A stretch of DNA of 63,809 nucleotides, the filler included, from Octopus bimaculoides (taxonomy: Eukaryota): assembly GCF_001194135.2 (NCBI RefSeq). It is 7 parts of 7 records of this genome, joined end to end, with 100 filler letters (N's around TTAATTAATTAA, not from the genome) between each part and the next. Parts side by side here need not be neighbours in the genome. Positions count along the whole stretch, not along the records: positions 1 to 14,040 come from NC_068992.1; 6 more parts are not named here. One strand, 5' to 3'. Of this stretch, positions 1 through 12,252 are shown one piece after another; within the stretch, counting starts at the first letter, position 1; every line of letters begins with the position of its first letter. The notes under the pieces are model-generated. The model searched no databases, was not told the origin of the DNA, and saw only the letters and a program-made list of their open reading frames with translations. The translations under genes were made by a program, and so were the position numbers.

Positions 1-13
1 ATATATATGTATG

Positions 14-44
<31 letters not shown>

Positions 45-47
<3 letters not shown>

Positions 48-195
48 TTTGTGTCTGTGTTTGTCCTCCACCACCACTGCTTGCGAAATGGTGTTGGTAT
101 GTTTACGTTCCCGTAACCTTGCTGGTTCGGTAAAAGAGAACGATAGAATAAATACCAGGGTTAAAAAAAAATATCCTGGGTTTGATTCATTCAGG
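45..195 (+). mobile_element. SINE family A, 3' half
   Basis: TGTTTGTCCTCCACCACCACTGCTTG...GGTTCGGTAAAAGAGAACGATAGAATAA matches the family body. Confidence 0.7.
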
Positions 196-444
196 TGGTG
201 ATCTTAAACCGGACGATGCATTAAGTCTAACCAACTAAGTGGGCCATGACGGGATTTGAACTCGGAACATAAAGGGCTGGAATGAATATCACCAGGTATC
301 CAGTCCGATTTTCATGTAGTCTAACGAATCAACTGCTTCGAATTGTTACCTTTCGGATAGCATCCACCATTCGCATCCGAAAGAATGAGAGGCAAAGTCA
401 ACCTCGGTGGGTCGATCTTGGTCTATGCATCGCGTAAATATCCG

Positions 445-464
445 CATGCATACATTTACACACA

Positions 465-523
<59 letters not shown>

Positions 524-1050
524 ACAGGCACGCATACACACACACACACCAGCAAACACACATACACACCCTCAAACAAACATACACACAGCCACGCATA
601 CACACACATGCACACATACACACCCGTAAACACACATACACACAGACATGCAAACACATATATACACATACTCACACACGCATATGCACATACACACACT
701 CACACAAACTCATGCACATTTACACACACATGTACACACATACACACATATGCACACATACACACATTCACAAATGCACACATACGTACATTCGCACATG
801 CACACATACACATGTAAACACATACACATACACGCACACGCACATACACTCAAACCCCTCTCTACAGAGTTGAGACGGTTGGTTTGGACCCAGCTGGAAT
901 GCATCCGATCATACGTCTGCTCCGTCAAGGCTGACCTAGGGCTAAATAATCGTTGAAGACGGAACAACAGCAGCAGTGGTAGAGTTGAAGAAAGAAAATT
1001 AAAACTCCTTGATCAATATAATACACGAACGTACGAATACACGCATACAT

Positions 1051-1088
<38 letters not shown>

Positions 1089-2465
1089 ACACAAAACACA
1101 CATACAAGCATTCTCACTGAAACGTAAGCATGTACACACACATACATATACAGACACATCCATATACATACACATGCACACGTCCACGCGCACTCACACA
1201 TGCAAACACTCTCTGACATATACACGCGCGTGGACATGTGCACACGTGCGCGCGCATACATACGCTCGCACACACGCACGCAGAGATAAGCGCGTGTGCT
1301 TACGTATCTATTCGTTCACGCACATACGTAGTGGTAACGCATGTTGAAACACATAAATGCGCACTCGCACGTTCACACACAGTAACGTACACATGCACAT
1401 CGTTATACACATGCACACGTCAACATATACACTCGCACACGTCTATATGCACACGCATAGTTATTCACAAGCATGCACATACGTAGATATGCATACAGAA
1501 GCAAATACTCACATATACATATGAGCACTTCCACACACAAAAAACGTATGAACAGACAGACAGACAGACACATACACACACACGCACATACACACACATG
1601 CACGCACACACATACACACAGGCTCATACATACTCAACATACATTTGCCCAGGTCAATACACATGGGCGTACGCTCGTGCAGCCATGCTTACATACACGT
1701 CCTCTTTTTGACGAGCGCGCACGCAGATACACACAAATATACACACATACATGTATACATATATATATTGGCCGTACGGCTTTTGAATGTTGTTTTCACT
1801 GTCCATTTTTTCCTGTCTTGGTTTGTGTTTGCCACCTTGGAATCCTCTGTGTAGTTGGTTGATCCACTACTCAGGAAGAGACTATTCTAGAGTACGTCCT
1901 GTCTGGTCTTCGAAACGTCTAGATAGAATAGGGACAGCTGATGAAGGGATATTCCAAGGGGCTTTCCGTTTTCCTATGTGTTCGTTCCGTTGTCTGTAGT
2001 TTATTGTTCTAACGTCCTGTACCCTGATATGCATGTATATACACATGTAGATGTAAGTATGTACATATATGTGTGTATACATGTATATATATTCTTTGTA
2101 TTATATATATATATATATATATATTACACACACACACAGACGTGCGCATATTCATATGCACACCTCAAAACACGTGGGCATACGCTCGTATACACATGCA
2201 TGCATGCATACTCATACGATCACATTCTGACGCGACGCACACGTACGCACACGCCAAAACACATGGGGCAAGCGTTCCTACTCACACACCTCTGCATGCA
2301 TATTCACTCACGTCCAATTTCTGAAGTGCGCGCATTCATACACATACATGCACACACACCTACATACACACTCACCAACACATACATTCACCTCTACACA
2401 CACCTCTACATACACACACATACAAGCAACATCTACACACACACACATACAAGTACACACACGCA
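445..2465. repeat. Three long imperfect (CA)-based alternating purine-pyrimidine arrays (about 445-855, 1020-1775, 2030-2465)
   Basis: Directly visible. They generate the HT/CV-rich pseudo-ORFs. Confidence 0.92.
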
Positions 2466-2839
2466 CCTTATCGATTACTGTTTCAGTAAACCGACAAGAA
2501 ATGCGTCTCGTAAAACATCAAAGTCTCTAAAATTAAAACCAGAAGAAATTTGGAATCGATTCATCTTTGATATTGATATGGCTGTATAGCACGCACTTAT
2601 ACTTACTTATACATAAATACAAATGTTCTAAAACACAAACCATTGTCCTTCCTCCCTTTACGCTTGCACGATATACTAGAAATGACAGCTACACCTCCCT
2701 CAAACCACTCAGATATTCCCTACCGTAGAAAACGACACAGTGAATAATGTAGTCTGCGATATGATCATCTTGATTATTTGGATCGGTTCGAGAAGCTCAA
2801 CTTATTCCATCCAACGTTGCCGTGAGCGCTATATTATTT

Positions 2840-3222
2840 TCATATTACTCTTTTACTTGTTTCAATCATTTGACTGCGGCCATGCTGGAGCAAATCGACC
2901 CCAGGACTTATTCTTTGGAAGCCTAGTACTTATTCTATCGGTTTCTTTTGCCGAACCGCTAAGTTACTGGGACGTAAACATCACCATCGGTTGTCAAGCG
3001 ATGCTGGAAGGGGGGGGGGCAAACAGACACAAACATATACACACATACACATATATCTACATATATACGACGGGCTTCTTTCAGTTTCCGTCTACCAAGT
3101 CCACTCACAAGGCTTTGGTCGGCTCGAGGCTATAGTAGAAGATACTTGCCCAAGGTGCCACGCAGTGGGAATGAACCCGGAACCATGTGGTTCGTAAGCA
3201 AGCTGCTTACTACACAGCCGTG
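2840..3222 (-). mobile_element. tRNA-derived octopus SINE, family A, near full length
   Basis: The minus-strand head GGCTGTGTAGTAAGCAGCTTGC...GGTTCATTCCCACTGCGTGGCACCTTGGGCAAG has A/B-box-like motifs. The same body recurs many times in the window, with an internal microsatellite. Confidence 0.88.
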
Positions 3223-3689
3223 GAAAATATTCTATCAACATTAGCCAAATGACATTGGCATTAACTTTATGATACTTTCGGTGCACAAGGCATATCTTCC
3301 TGCAGGTTTTCATCGCTTTCTTAAAATAAAATAAAAGCGTAAGGTGTTGATAATGTTCGTTTTGGTTCTCTATTTTCAGGGTGATCTCAAGCATACAAAA
3401 TACAACCTGTATCATCTTAGGTTCGCATCAAACTGTATTGAAATGTTGAGTATCTAACGAGTACGCATGTGCAGGTGATAGACTGAAGTTAACTACTTAT
3501 TAGGGTGTTTGATGTTTAGTGACTACAAAAACCGAACTAACATTTTTTGCCAACTCAATGCATATATATGTATGTGTGTGTGTGCGCCACGCGCGCGCAC
3601 GTATTTATGTGTGTGTGTGTATGTGTCTGTGTATGTGAATGTGTGTGAGTGTGTATGTGAGCATATGTGTGCTTGTGTGTCTGTGTATG

Positions 3690-3850
3690 TGTCTGCCCTC
3701 GCCTCGTTTGGCAATTGTTATCAAGTGGTTCGAAAAGAGACCGGTAGAATACATACTAGATTTGAAAAAAATAAGTACTGGGGTCGGTTTGTTCAACTAA
3801 AGCCTTTAAAGCAGTGCTCCAGCATGACCGAAGTTCAATGACTGTAAAAA
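3690..3850 (+). mobile_element. SINE family A, 3' part
   Basis: TCGAAAAGAGACCGGTAGAAT...CAGTGCTCCAGCATGACCG..GTTCAATGACTG. Confidence 0.7.
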
Positions 3851-3858
3851 GTAAAAGA

Positions 3859-3897
<39 letters not shown>

Positions 3898-4741
3898 AAC
3901 GATTAGTCAAATGGTCATAACTGGAACGCCCTTGGTCAGAGGTCTACCGATCAGGGTTGACGTGGGACTTAACACCCACAAACGAACAAATGAGTGAAGG
4001 ATTATGGCTACGTCCAACTATATATATATATATATATGTGTGTAGTGGATCTTGCATGCATGAAGTGGATTCGATCCAAATTTAAATCAACACTGCAACA
4101 GAACTTTAGCAGTTTAATATTTTCCAGATGCCTTTAGCGAGGCCGAAACAATGTCTTCACCACTTGACCCTTCCTAACCTCTTCTACTCTACTAATAGCT
4201 AGAATAGAGATAACAAGACCACCAACTAAAACTATTGTTCTCAATAATATATCTATCCTTCTGGATTGTTATAAAAGTAAGGAAACCCCAAGAAAAATTT
4301 AGTTTAGTCACCAGTCGCTGACAACTCAACTAGTTAAGTGAACGGACATCTAGAGTCATGGTCACAAGCAGGCAGCCACTAAAAGACAACCAGAGGGAGA
4401 AAGAAGACTACAACCAGCCAACTATGAAACACAACATCCCTCGACTCTATAACTTTCACTAGCTCATTTCCTTTTTCTCTGTAACACTACCATCTCTCTC
4501 TCTCTCTATATATATACTACTATGAGAACGTGTACACACATATACAGGCCGAAATTAACTTTCTTTACCTTGCATGCTTTACGAACTGTGTTATACTATT
4601 ACACTAACCTACCCGTCGTGGTATGGCATATATTAAAGTAACGGTAAATAGATATTTCTTTACAACTTCGATCACTGTTCATTATTCATCTAACAAACGT
4701 TACACTGGCAACCCTCATCGCTACAACCAAAAACATTATCG

Positions 4742-4803
<62 letters not shown>

Positions 4804-5686
4804 GGCACTTTGGCTACAATGGTCTATGATATATAAGGCAGGTTGGTCACGGATTGAACACCTTTGGTTATAGATCTCTTCCTTCAATGCTGCTCCGAGG
4901 CTAAATAACGATTTCAATAAACAACGGAGATGCGCTTCTGGAATATTTGCCGATAGGGAGCCTGCATTGCTTGACTCAGGTATAGAGCAGTGGTCAAGAA
5001 GTTTGCTTCACAGTCACAAAGTTCTGGGTTCGATTCCCTACAAANNNNNNNNNNNNNNNNNNNNNNNNNNNNNNNNNNNNNNNNNNNNNNNNNNNNNNNN
5101 NNNNNNNNNNNNNNNNNNNNNNNNNNNNNNNNNNNNNNNNNNNNNNNNNNNNNNNNNNNNNNNNNNNNNNNNNNNNNNNNNNNNNNNNNNNNNNNNNNNN
5201 NNNNNNNNNNNNNNNNNNNNNNNNNNNNNNNNNNNNNNNNNNNNNNNNNNNNNNNNNNNNNNNNNNNNNNNNNNNNNNNNNNNNNNNNNNNNNNNNNNNN
5301 NNNNNNNNNNNNNNNNNNNNNNNNNNNNNNNNNNNNNNNNNNNNNNNNNNNNNNNNNNNNNNNNNNNNNNNNNNNNNNNNNNNNNNNNNNNNNNNNNNNN
5401 NNNNNNNNNNNNNNNNNNNNNNNNNNNNNNNNNNNNNNNNNNNNNNNNNNNNNNNNNNNNNNNNNNNNNNNNNNNNNNNNNNNNNNNNNNNNNNNNNNNN
5501 NNNNNNNNNNNNNNNNNNNNNNNNNNNNNNNNNNNNNNNNNNNNNNNNNNNNNNNNNNNNNNNNNNNNNNNNNNNNNNNNNNNNNNNNNNNNNNNNNNNN
5601 NNNNNNNNNNNNNNNNNNNNNNNNNNNNNTATATATATATATATATACACATATATGCACACAATATATATATGTATATGTGTGTA

Positions 5687-5719
<33 letters not shown>

Positions 5720-5889
5720 ATGTATGTATGTATAAAATACAAAATGGGACAAGAACGCAAAACATCCAGATAGTTAGGTGATACAAAAAAGGGACAACAA
5801 CATATCCAGATAGACGATACAAAGAAAACAAGGACGGCTCATTCGGAGTTTTCTTTCCTCAGTCGAGTTCCAGATTATCTACATACACT

Positions 5890-6260
5890 CGACAAACTTT
5901 CGCACAGTTTCTGTCTACCAAATCCATCACTTGAAAGGCTTTGGTCGGATGGTACTGGAATATAGTAGAAGACACTTGTAGGGCAGGATTCGGGGCAGAC
6001 GAACTGAAGACAGATACTTCGCTGCGGTCTAGCTAGAAAGTTGGTCAGCAGGAAAACAAGGACTTCCGGAGGGAGAACGAAAACAGAAGAATGTCAACAG
6101 CCAACGTGAAACGAATTTGAGTGAACTATACAGAAATAACTGACGACTTATTGTACCTAAAGTAATAAACCCATGGTAAATGTATTCTCGTCTCCACTAG
6201 TTTGTTTGCGTATAACAGAACAAAGCTATACACTTGCCCAAGGTGCTGCGCAGGGTAATC
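5890..6260 (-). mobile_element. SINE family A 5' part, split by a ~250-bp insertion
   Basis: ...TATAGTAGAAGACACTTG stops at 5978 and resumes as ACACTTGCCCAAGGTGC at 6230. Confidence 0.65.
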
Positions 6261-6870
6261 TTCAAGTTTAGGGAGGTAAAAAAGTAAATAAAAATATACA
6301 AGGGAAATAACTTAGCGTCTTACTAATATTATCCGTACTAATCTGAAATGTGTTTTTTTTTTAGTTGTTTATAAATAAATCACAACGTGATTGAAGTTAA
6401 CTGTTTATATATAAATCATTTCGATCGATATGGTACCGGAATGAAATTTGTCCTTTGATAATATGTCAGATCTAACATCAGTCTACGTGTCAAATATGGC
6501 ACCCGTTTACATGTCAAATGTTGTTTCTCGTCACATGTCAAATATGACCACATCCCAAATAGCGCATCTGGTCATGTGTTAAATATGACATCAGGTCATA
6601 TGACAAGTAGGCCACTTAGTCATTCGTTAGATATAGAAGCTGATGACATGGCGTGACGCCACGTCTGAAATAAATATGGATTAAATACGAAAAAGACGGG
6701 TTGGCCTTGGCTTTGGTTATTGGTCCCTTGGGTCAGTATTGATCTAGGATTTAACAACAACAAAAATATATACAAACCCGACTTATGCGTATTAAGTTGT
6801 TTCTCCTGTATGTATGTATGTATGTATGTATGTATGTATGTATGTATGTATGCATGTCTGTCTGTTTATC

Positions 6871-6918
<48 letters not shown>

Positions 6919-7455
6919 ATTTGGATTTATACACATAAATATTCATATATACACACCTGCATTTATATATACAAGCATACATACATACGTACGTAGGTAT
7001 ATATATATTTTCTACATATATATACATACATACGTACGTACCTATATATATATACACCCTCAGATTCATACGCCTCCACACACACTTTCTCGCGCAAAAA
7101 AGATCAATAAACACGTCTTTACCTCTACAAACCTCTTCACCAAAGAACAATAGCAAAAATGGTCTCTCCCTCACCCCCTAAAAAAAAAAATCAATTTCGG
7201 ATTGTTTATAATTGTGTTTCAATTAAATACATTTGCATAAATAAAGTAATCAATATAAAGTTATAAATCTATGTGTGGGGGCGGGGCAGAGGTCTGTTTA
7301 ATAGTAACTGACTCAAAGGAGTAAATGGGTCAGCGAGTTGCCATATATTTTACTCTGTATAACGCAAAAGCTTCTAACCTTTTTTGCCCCATTTATCCCT
7401 TGTTAACTGTGAAATTTACCGTTGCAATTTGAGTTTACACTGCTATCATAATCCT

Positions 7456-8289
7456 GGCGCTCCTTCAGAAACGCACCTCTTCAAGAAAATGAAATACAAT
7501 TAAAAACAAAGTTATGGAAATAGAAAATATATACAAAATAAATTATGTATGCAAAATATTAGAAAGATTCGTCCATTTTAAAATATTTTACTCTAAAAAA
7601 AAAAAATAAAACGGAAAACGGGCACTCGCAAATATAAGCAAACGTCGGACGATATAAGGGGAGGTAATTTGCTTTTACCAGCCAGGTATTATTAATGATA
7701 CGAGCCACTGAGTTATTCTTTTATGTTTCAGTCCATATCTTCTCTGTAAACTGAAAACAAAAATAAAAATAACAAAACTTGCAAACGTCTTTAACATATT
7801 TACTCTATTGTTTTATAAATATTTCTGTCGTATATCACATCATAAAATGGGCGAAGGCAAAACGAGTGCACATCACCTAACCCTAATCCTAATCTTAAAA
7901 CTAACCCTAACCCTAAAAATAACCTTAACCTTAACCCTAACCCTAAAACTAACCCTAACAACTAACCTTAACGAGTTTGCACAGTCAAAAAAGATCTGAT
8001 TAAAAACAATCAAGAATTTGCAAACGATATCGTCGGACTCCTTGTATCATTAATAATACCTGACTGATAAAAGTAAATTACCTCCCCTTGTATCGTCCGA
8101 CTTGTTTGTTTATATTCGCAAATGCCTGTTTTCCTTTTGTTTTATTTTTTAGTATAAAATATTAAAAAATGGATGAATCTTTCTAATTTTTGCATACATA
8201 ATTTATTTTGTATATATATTTCCATTTTCAAAACTTTTCTTTTAATTGCATTTCATTTTCTTGGAGAGGTGCGTTTCTAAAGGAGCTCC
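7456..8289. mobile_element. Non-autonomous long-TIR DNA element (Merlin- or Mutator-like) with telomere-like core
   Basis: About 250-bp imperfect inverted arms (7456-~7710 and ~8037-8289), GG...CC termini, and an 8-bp TSD ATAATCCT (7448-7455 and 8290-8297). Confidence 0.82.
7876..7971 (+). repeat. Degenerate (TAACCC)n telomere-like hexamer tract
   Basis: CCTAACCCTAATCCTAATCTTAAAACTAACCCTAACCCTAAAAATAACCTTAACCTTAACCCTAACCCT... Confidence 0.8.
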
Positions 8290-8460
8290 ATAATCCTTTC
8301 TACTAATAAGCACAAGGCCTGAAATTTTGGGAAAGGGTCTAATCGATTACATCGACTCTACCACCAGTGCTCAGCTGGTTTCTTTTTTATCGACTCTGAA
8401 ATGATGAAAGGTAAAGTCGACCACGGCGGAATTTGAACTCAGAACGTAAAGTGCCTATAG
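8290..8460 (-). mobile_element. SINE family B, partial
   Basis: ATAATCCTTTCTACTAATAAGCACAAGGCCTGAAATTTT...GGCGGAATTTGAACTCAGAACGTAAAG. Confidence 0.78.
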
Positions 8461-8899
8461 ATGGTTGTAGTCTCATATGGTGAAACCATCTGATGACGAC
8501 ACTGTTCAGAAAGAACACTGTACAATGAATCCATAGAACCAAGCTGTAAATTTTAAATGCTTTAACTCCAGGTCACAAATATATACAAGCTGAATAATCA
8601 TAGAAGGTATTTACAAGTGAAGGCCATGTTCAGCTTTTGTGTATCCTACGCCACAGCTGCTGAATGTCTGTTAGCTGTTGCGTCTAACGAGGTCACATCC
8701 TCACACGCTGCTGCCGCGATGACAAAGAGAAAGGACTGAGTACCGAAACCTCAAAGTTACATGCTGTACCATCTAGTGGTGAGCTATTTAGACAGCTACC
8801 GTCAGGGGAGGTAACTGCGCCTACAAGCCGAAAGAAATCTTGAAATGCCAGAGCGGTAACGATTCTGCTCGTTCGCCATCTTTATGATGTCAAATTTTG

Positions 8900-9095
8900 G
8901 CATAGTTTTAAGGTAGAGGGAGGTAAGTCACATCGACTCCAGTGTTCAACTGATATTATTTTATCGACCGCGAAAGAATGAAAGTCAAAGTCAACCGCGG
9001 TGGAATTTAAGCGTAAAGAGCCAGAAAGAACCGAAAGAAAAGCCGCTAAGCATTTTGTCCGACTCCCCAACGACTCTGCCAGCTCGACACCTTAG
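8900..9095 (-). mobile_element. SINE family B
   Basis: ...AAAGTCAACCGCGGTGGAATTTAAGC...GCCGCTAAGCATTTTGTCCG...ACGACTCTGCCAGCTCG. Confidence 0.75.
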
Positions 9096-9351
9096 CTTAT
9101 ACCATAATAAAACAATTGGCAGAGAGGAAATTTCATATAGGGATTTTGGAAATTATTATTTGAGTTCAAATAACAAGAATAATAAACAACAGTACACAAT
9201 ACTGTTTTATTTATAAATAGACTAATGGATATGCGCTGCTGAGGTTGGTGATGTTGCTTTATTGGCAAACAGCAATGAGAAATTACAAGAAAATGTTGAT
9301 GTAAAAGAGCACGGTGACACGGGAGGCCTAAATATGAATGTGAAAAAAACT

Positions 9352-9600
9352 AGCCCTCCGTCGGTTACGACGACGAGTTTTTCAGTTGATCCGATTAACA
9401 GAAAAGCCTGCTCGTGAAATTAACGTGTAAGTAGCTGAGTACCGCACTGACACGTGTATCTTCAGCGTAGTTCTCAGGGAGATCCAGCGTGACACAGAAT
9501 GTGACAAGGCTGACCCTTTGAAATAGAGTTACTTCACATTTTTGCCGGTTGAATTGACTGATCAATAAAGTGTATTGATCAAGGACACAGCACGTCACCG
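9352..9600 (-). mobile_element. Octopus SINE-like repeat, family C
   Basis: GCCCTCCGTCGGTTACGACGACGAG...CAGCGTGACACAGAATGTGACAAGGCTG...AAAGTGT.TTG.TCAAGGACACA. The last part, reverse-complemented, resembles the CORE-like segment that follows SINE tRNA heads. Recognised from memory only. Confidence 0.6.
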
Positions 9601-9780
9601 TTTATCGCACTCACTACCCGACAATCGTGAAACATGAATGTAAAAAAGACAAAAACGATGGTTACTTGTGTAGTGAAACTACCTCTCGCCATTAGATACA
9701 AACTACTATCGCCATTACATACAATCTTCTCATTTAAATATAAATAAATGCGAGCGTAGTAGAGAACCCATTCCTTGTCA

Positions 9781-9950
9781 TCACGTGACTGATTATTATT
9801 CGAATCGGCAACTTCTTCGAACCGTTCCCGCCAGAACGCAAACTGACCAATCACAGCCCCTAATAAGGTCACGTGATAGAGTATTAAACTGAAGCATTCG
9901 GGAGCCAATGATTCGCTATAAATAGATCAACTCATACCCAATAATTGGTC
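9781..9950 (+). promoter_or_regulatory. Candidate RNA polymerase II proximal promoter
   Basis: TCACGTGA E-boxes at 9781-9788 and 9869-9876, CCAAT at 9847, 9905 and 9938 (plus ATTGG at 9944), and TATAAATA at 9917-9924, followed by a CpG-richer segment. Motif-only evidence. Confidence 0.4.
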
Positions 9951-11040
9951 TCGGTCCAGTTTCTCTTTGAGATCTGTTCCGTGTACCACACGACAGCAGC
10001 AGCAGCAGTTCCAGCGACCACTTCAACAACTTCGTCCAGCCAACGATGACCACAGCCGTCGCCATATCAGCAACACGTTTCTACGACTACTGACCAGCAT
10101 CATCGTCATGACCAATACGATTACTACCAAGCAGCCTCTACACCACCAGCGCCAACACGACTTACTATGTACACCAAACCAAACCTCCGCGGCACACATC
10201 TCTCTCTTCGATTCTGTTAGGTGACTTAGCTTCACCACGATAAATAAACAGACAAGAGTTCTCAGCCAGCGACGAACATCTGAATCACGGCCCGGCATCG
10301 ATGCCACGACATCACAACTAGTGATCAGCTCTGCCACACTCAGTATCTCCTCACTTTCACATACAGAACTTTTCCTATAGTGTACTAAAGAACTGGTATA
10401 ATTGCTCACGTGTTATTGACTCTTTCTCTGCTGTAATATTTCACATACACATACATGTATCACTCACATACATACTTTTCTTTGTACGACGGCCTGTCTT
10501 TGATTATGTTCTTATATGTCGCATTCACACTCACACACAGACATACATCTTTAACGCCATAATAAATATCTCTGTTATTCATCTTATACGGTTGTGGTCT
10601 TTCATTACTGGTCATCTATGTTATCGTCGTATAACATATCATATATATCATCACATTAGATATATTATTTTGTGTTTGACCGTGTGACACGTTTAAATAA
10701 AAGGAGTCCTCTGTTTTTCCATTCGTCACCATTTCTCCCTTTTGAGTTCGCACGGTCGCCTCCTTACACTTGTAAGACGGAACAAAAGGAAGCAAATACA
10801 AAGTACGTAGATGGAGAGAATTTTGAACAAGTAAAAAAACAGAACAAAACAACAAAAACACCTGAAGTTTTTAGGACAAATAATAAATCAGCAAAATCGC
10901 TGTGTAGAAGATGTTTTTAGAATAAATAAAGCTAAAACTACATTTATAAGAATAAAATATATCTTTATTTTAAAAAGCATAACTCAGCACAAAAAACTGA
11001 AGCTACTTAACTGTTATATTATATATATTGTCCTCTATCG

Positions 11041-11340
11041 GGCAGAAACTTGAACTATGTACGGAGCAATGAAGAAGACAGATACCTTTGAGATGTGGAT
11101 ATTTCACTGACTAGGGAAAATAAGCAGGTAGAACAGAGCAACAAACTCTACAGTACTAGGAATGTTAAAAGCCTAAAGACACCTAGTATCGAGAATCAAG
11201 TCCACAAATTTATTTGGGATATTTATGCGCCACGAGTCATTGTCCAAGATTATCTTGACAGGAAGTGTTGAGGAGAAGACAGCAAGAAACCGTCAAAGAC
11301 GTTTGTGAACTGATGGCATCAAAGAATGGACTGGAAAAAT
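11041..11340 (+). mobile_element. RTE-clade LINE 3' end fragment
   Basis: AETWTM...KKTDTFEMW...KIS...TNSTVL...IFMRHESLSKIILTGSVEEK..RNRQRR..DGIKEWTG matches the RTE C-terminal consensus. Confidence 0.72.
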
Positions 11341-11497
11341 TCTTCAGTTTCCTTTGTGTTGTGCACGCAACACAACACACTGTCCATCTAACTTTATATT
11401 TGCTTTTGGGTTCGATAAAATAAAGTTCCTATCAAAAACTGGGAACGATATAATCGACTTAGTCCTTTCCCTAAAACTGCTGTCCATTTGCTAAATG

Positions 11498-11715
11498 CGG
11501 CGAGCTGGCAGAACTGATAGGGTACCGGACAAAATGCTTAATGATATTTCTTCTGGCTTAACGTCTTGAGTTCAAATTCCTTCGAGGTCGACGCTGTCCT
11601 CATCCTTCGTAGTCAATAAAATAAAGAACCAGCTGAATTCTTGGGTCAATTTAATAGACTAGACCCCTACCCAACAAAATTTCAGACCTTGTGCCTATAT
11701 TAGAAAGAATTATGG
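11498..11715 (+). mobile_element. tRNA-derived SINE, family B
   Basis: GGCGAGCTGGCAGAA...CCGGACAAAATGCTTA...GAGTTCAAATTCC..CGAGGTCGAC...CTTGTGCCTATATTAGAAAGAATTAT. The family recurs at more than 10 places in the window. Confidence 0.82.
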
Positions 11716-12196
11716 ATAGCTTTACCTACTTCGAGTTCTACTGTTAAAACAATTTATTTTCGTGTCTCTCGAAATTTCTAAATTCGTACGACGTAAGCCG
11801 CACGCACGTACACACACACGCACACACTCACACACAAATTCCTGCGCGCACACGCACACAGATACATGCACACGCATACACACGCACACACACGCACATA
11901 AGATGACGACAAAGTTCAATGTTTCAAATGGTTATTATATCAATAGGAAATGCGTTGTTGGATTCTTATCATGACCTTTGGAGAGATATTTTTACCCTGT
12001 AGCATTTCACATGGCGTTTCCTATATATTAGGTAATATAATTCTAAGCTGTTAATATATATTTGAGTTCATACACACACACACACAGACAGACAGACACA
12101 CACACAGACAGACAGACACACAGACAGACAGACACACACACACACCTATTCATATGGATGGATACCTACCTACCTATCTGTACCTGTTTGTCTGTT

Positions 12197-12252
<56 letters not shown>

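Noticed and set aside
1866-1925. Possible hammerhead relic GAAGAG...GTCTTC GAAAC GTC TAG; a similar CTGAAAA...GAAACGGT lies at 41402-41432
   Set aside because: Core and stems are too degenerate to support individually; they may be Penelope pLTR remnants.
385-2589. Long His/Thr- and Cys/Val-rich ORFs (also most ORFs elsewhere with HTHT, CVCV, YIYI, MYVC, LSIY)
   Set aside because: They are translations of microsatellites, open in several frames on both strands.
4968-5045. tRNA-like sequence (also the heads of SINE families A and B)
   Set aside because: These are SINE heads with A/B boxes but no complete cloverleaf, so they are not called as tRNA genes.
4914-5831. Long ORFs containing X runs (also near 21k, 39.6k, 43.8k, 47.5k, 52.7k, 55k, 58.5k)
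   Set aside because: They are open only because N bases cannot form stop codons.
8600-8830. Possible RTE LINE 3' remnant
   Set aside because: Too decayed to call without an alignment.
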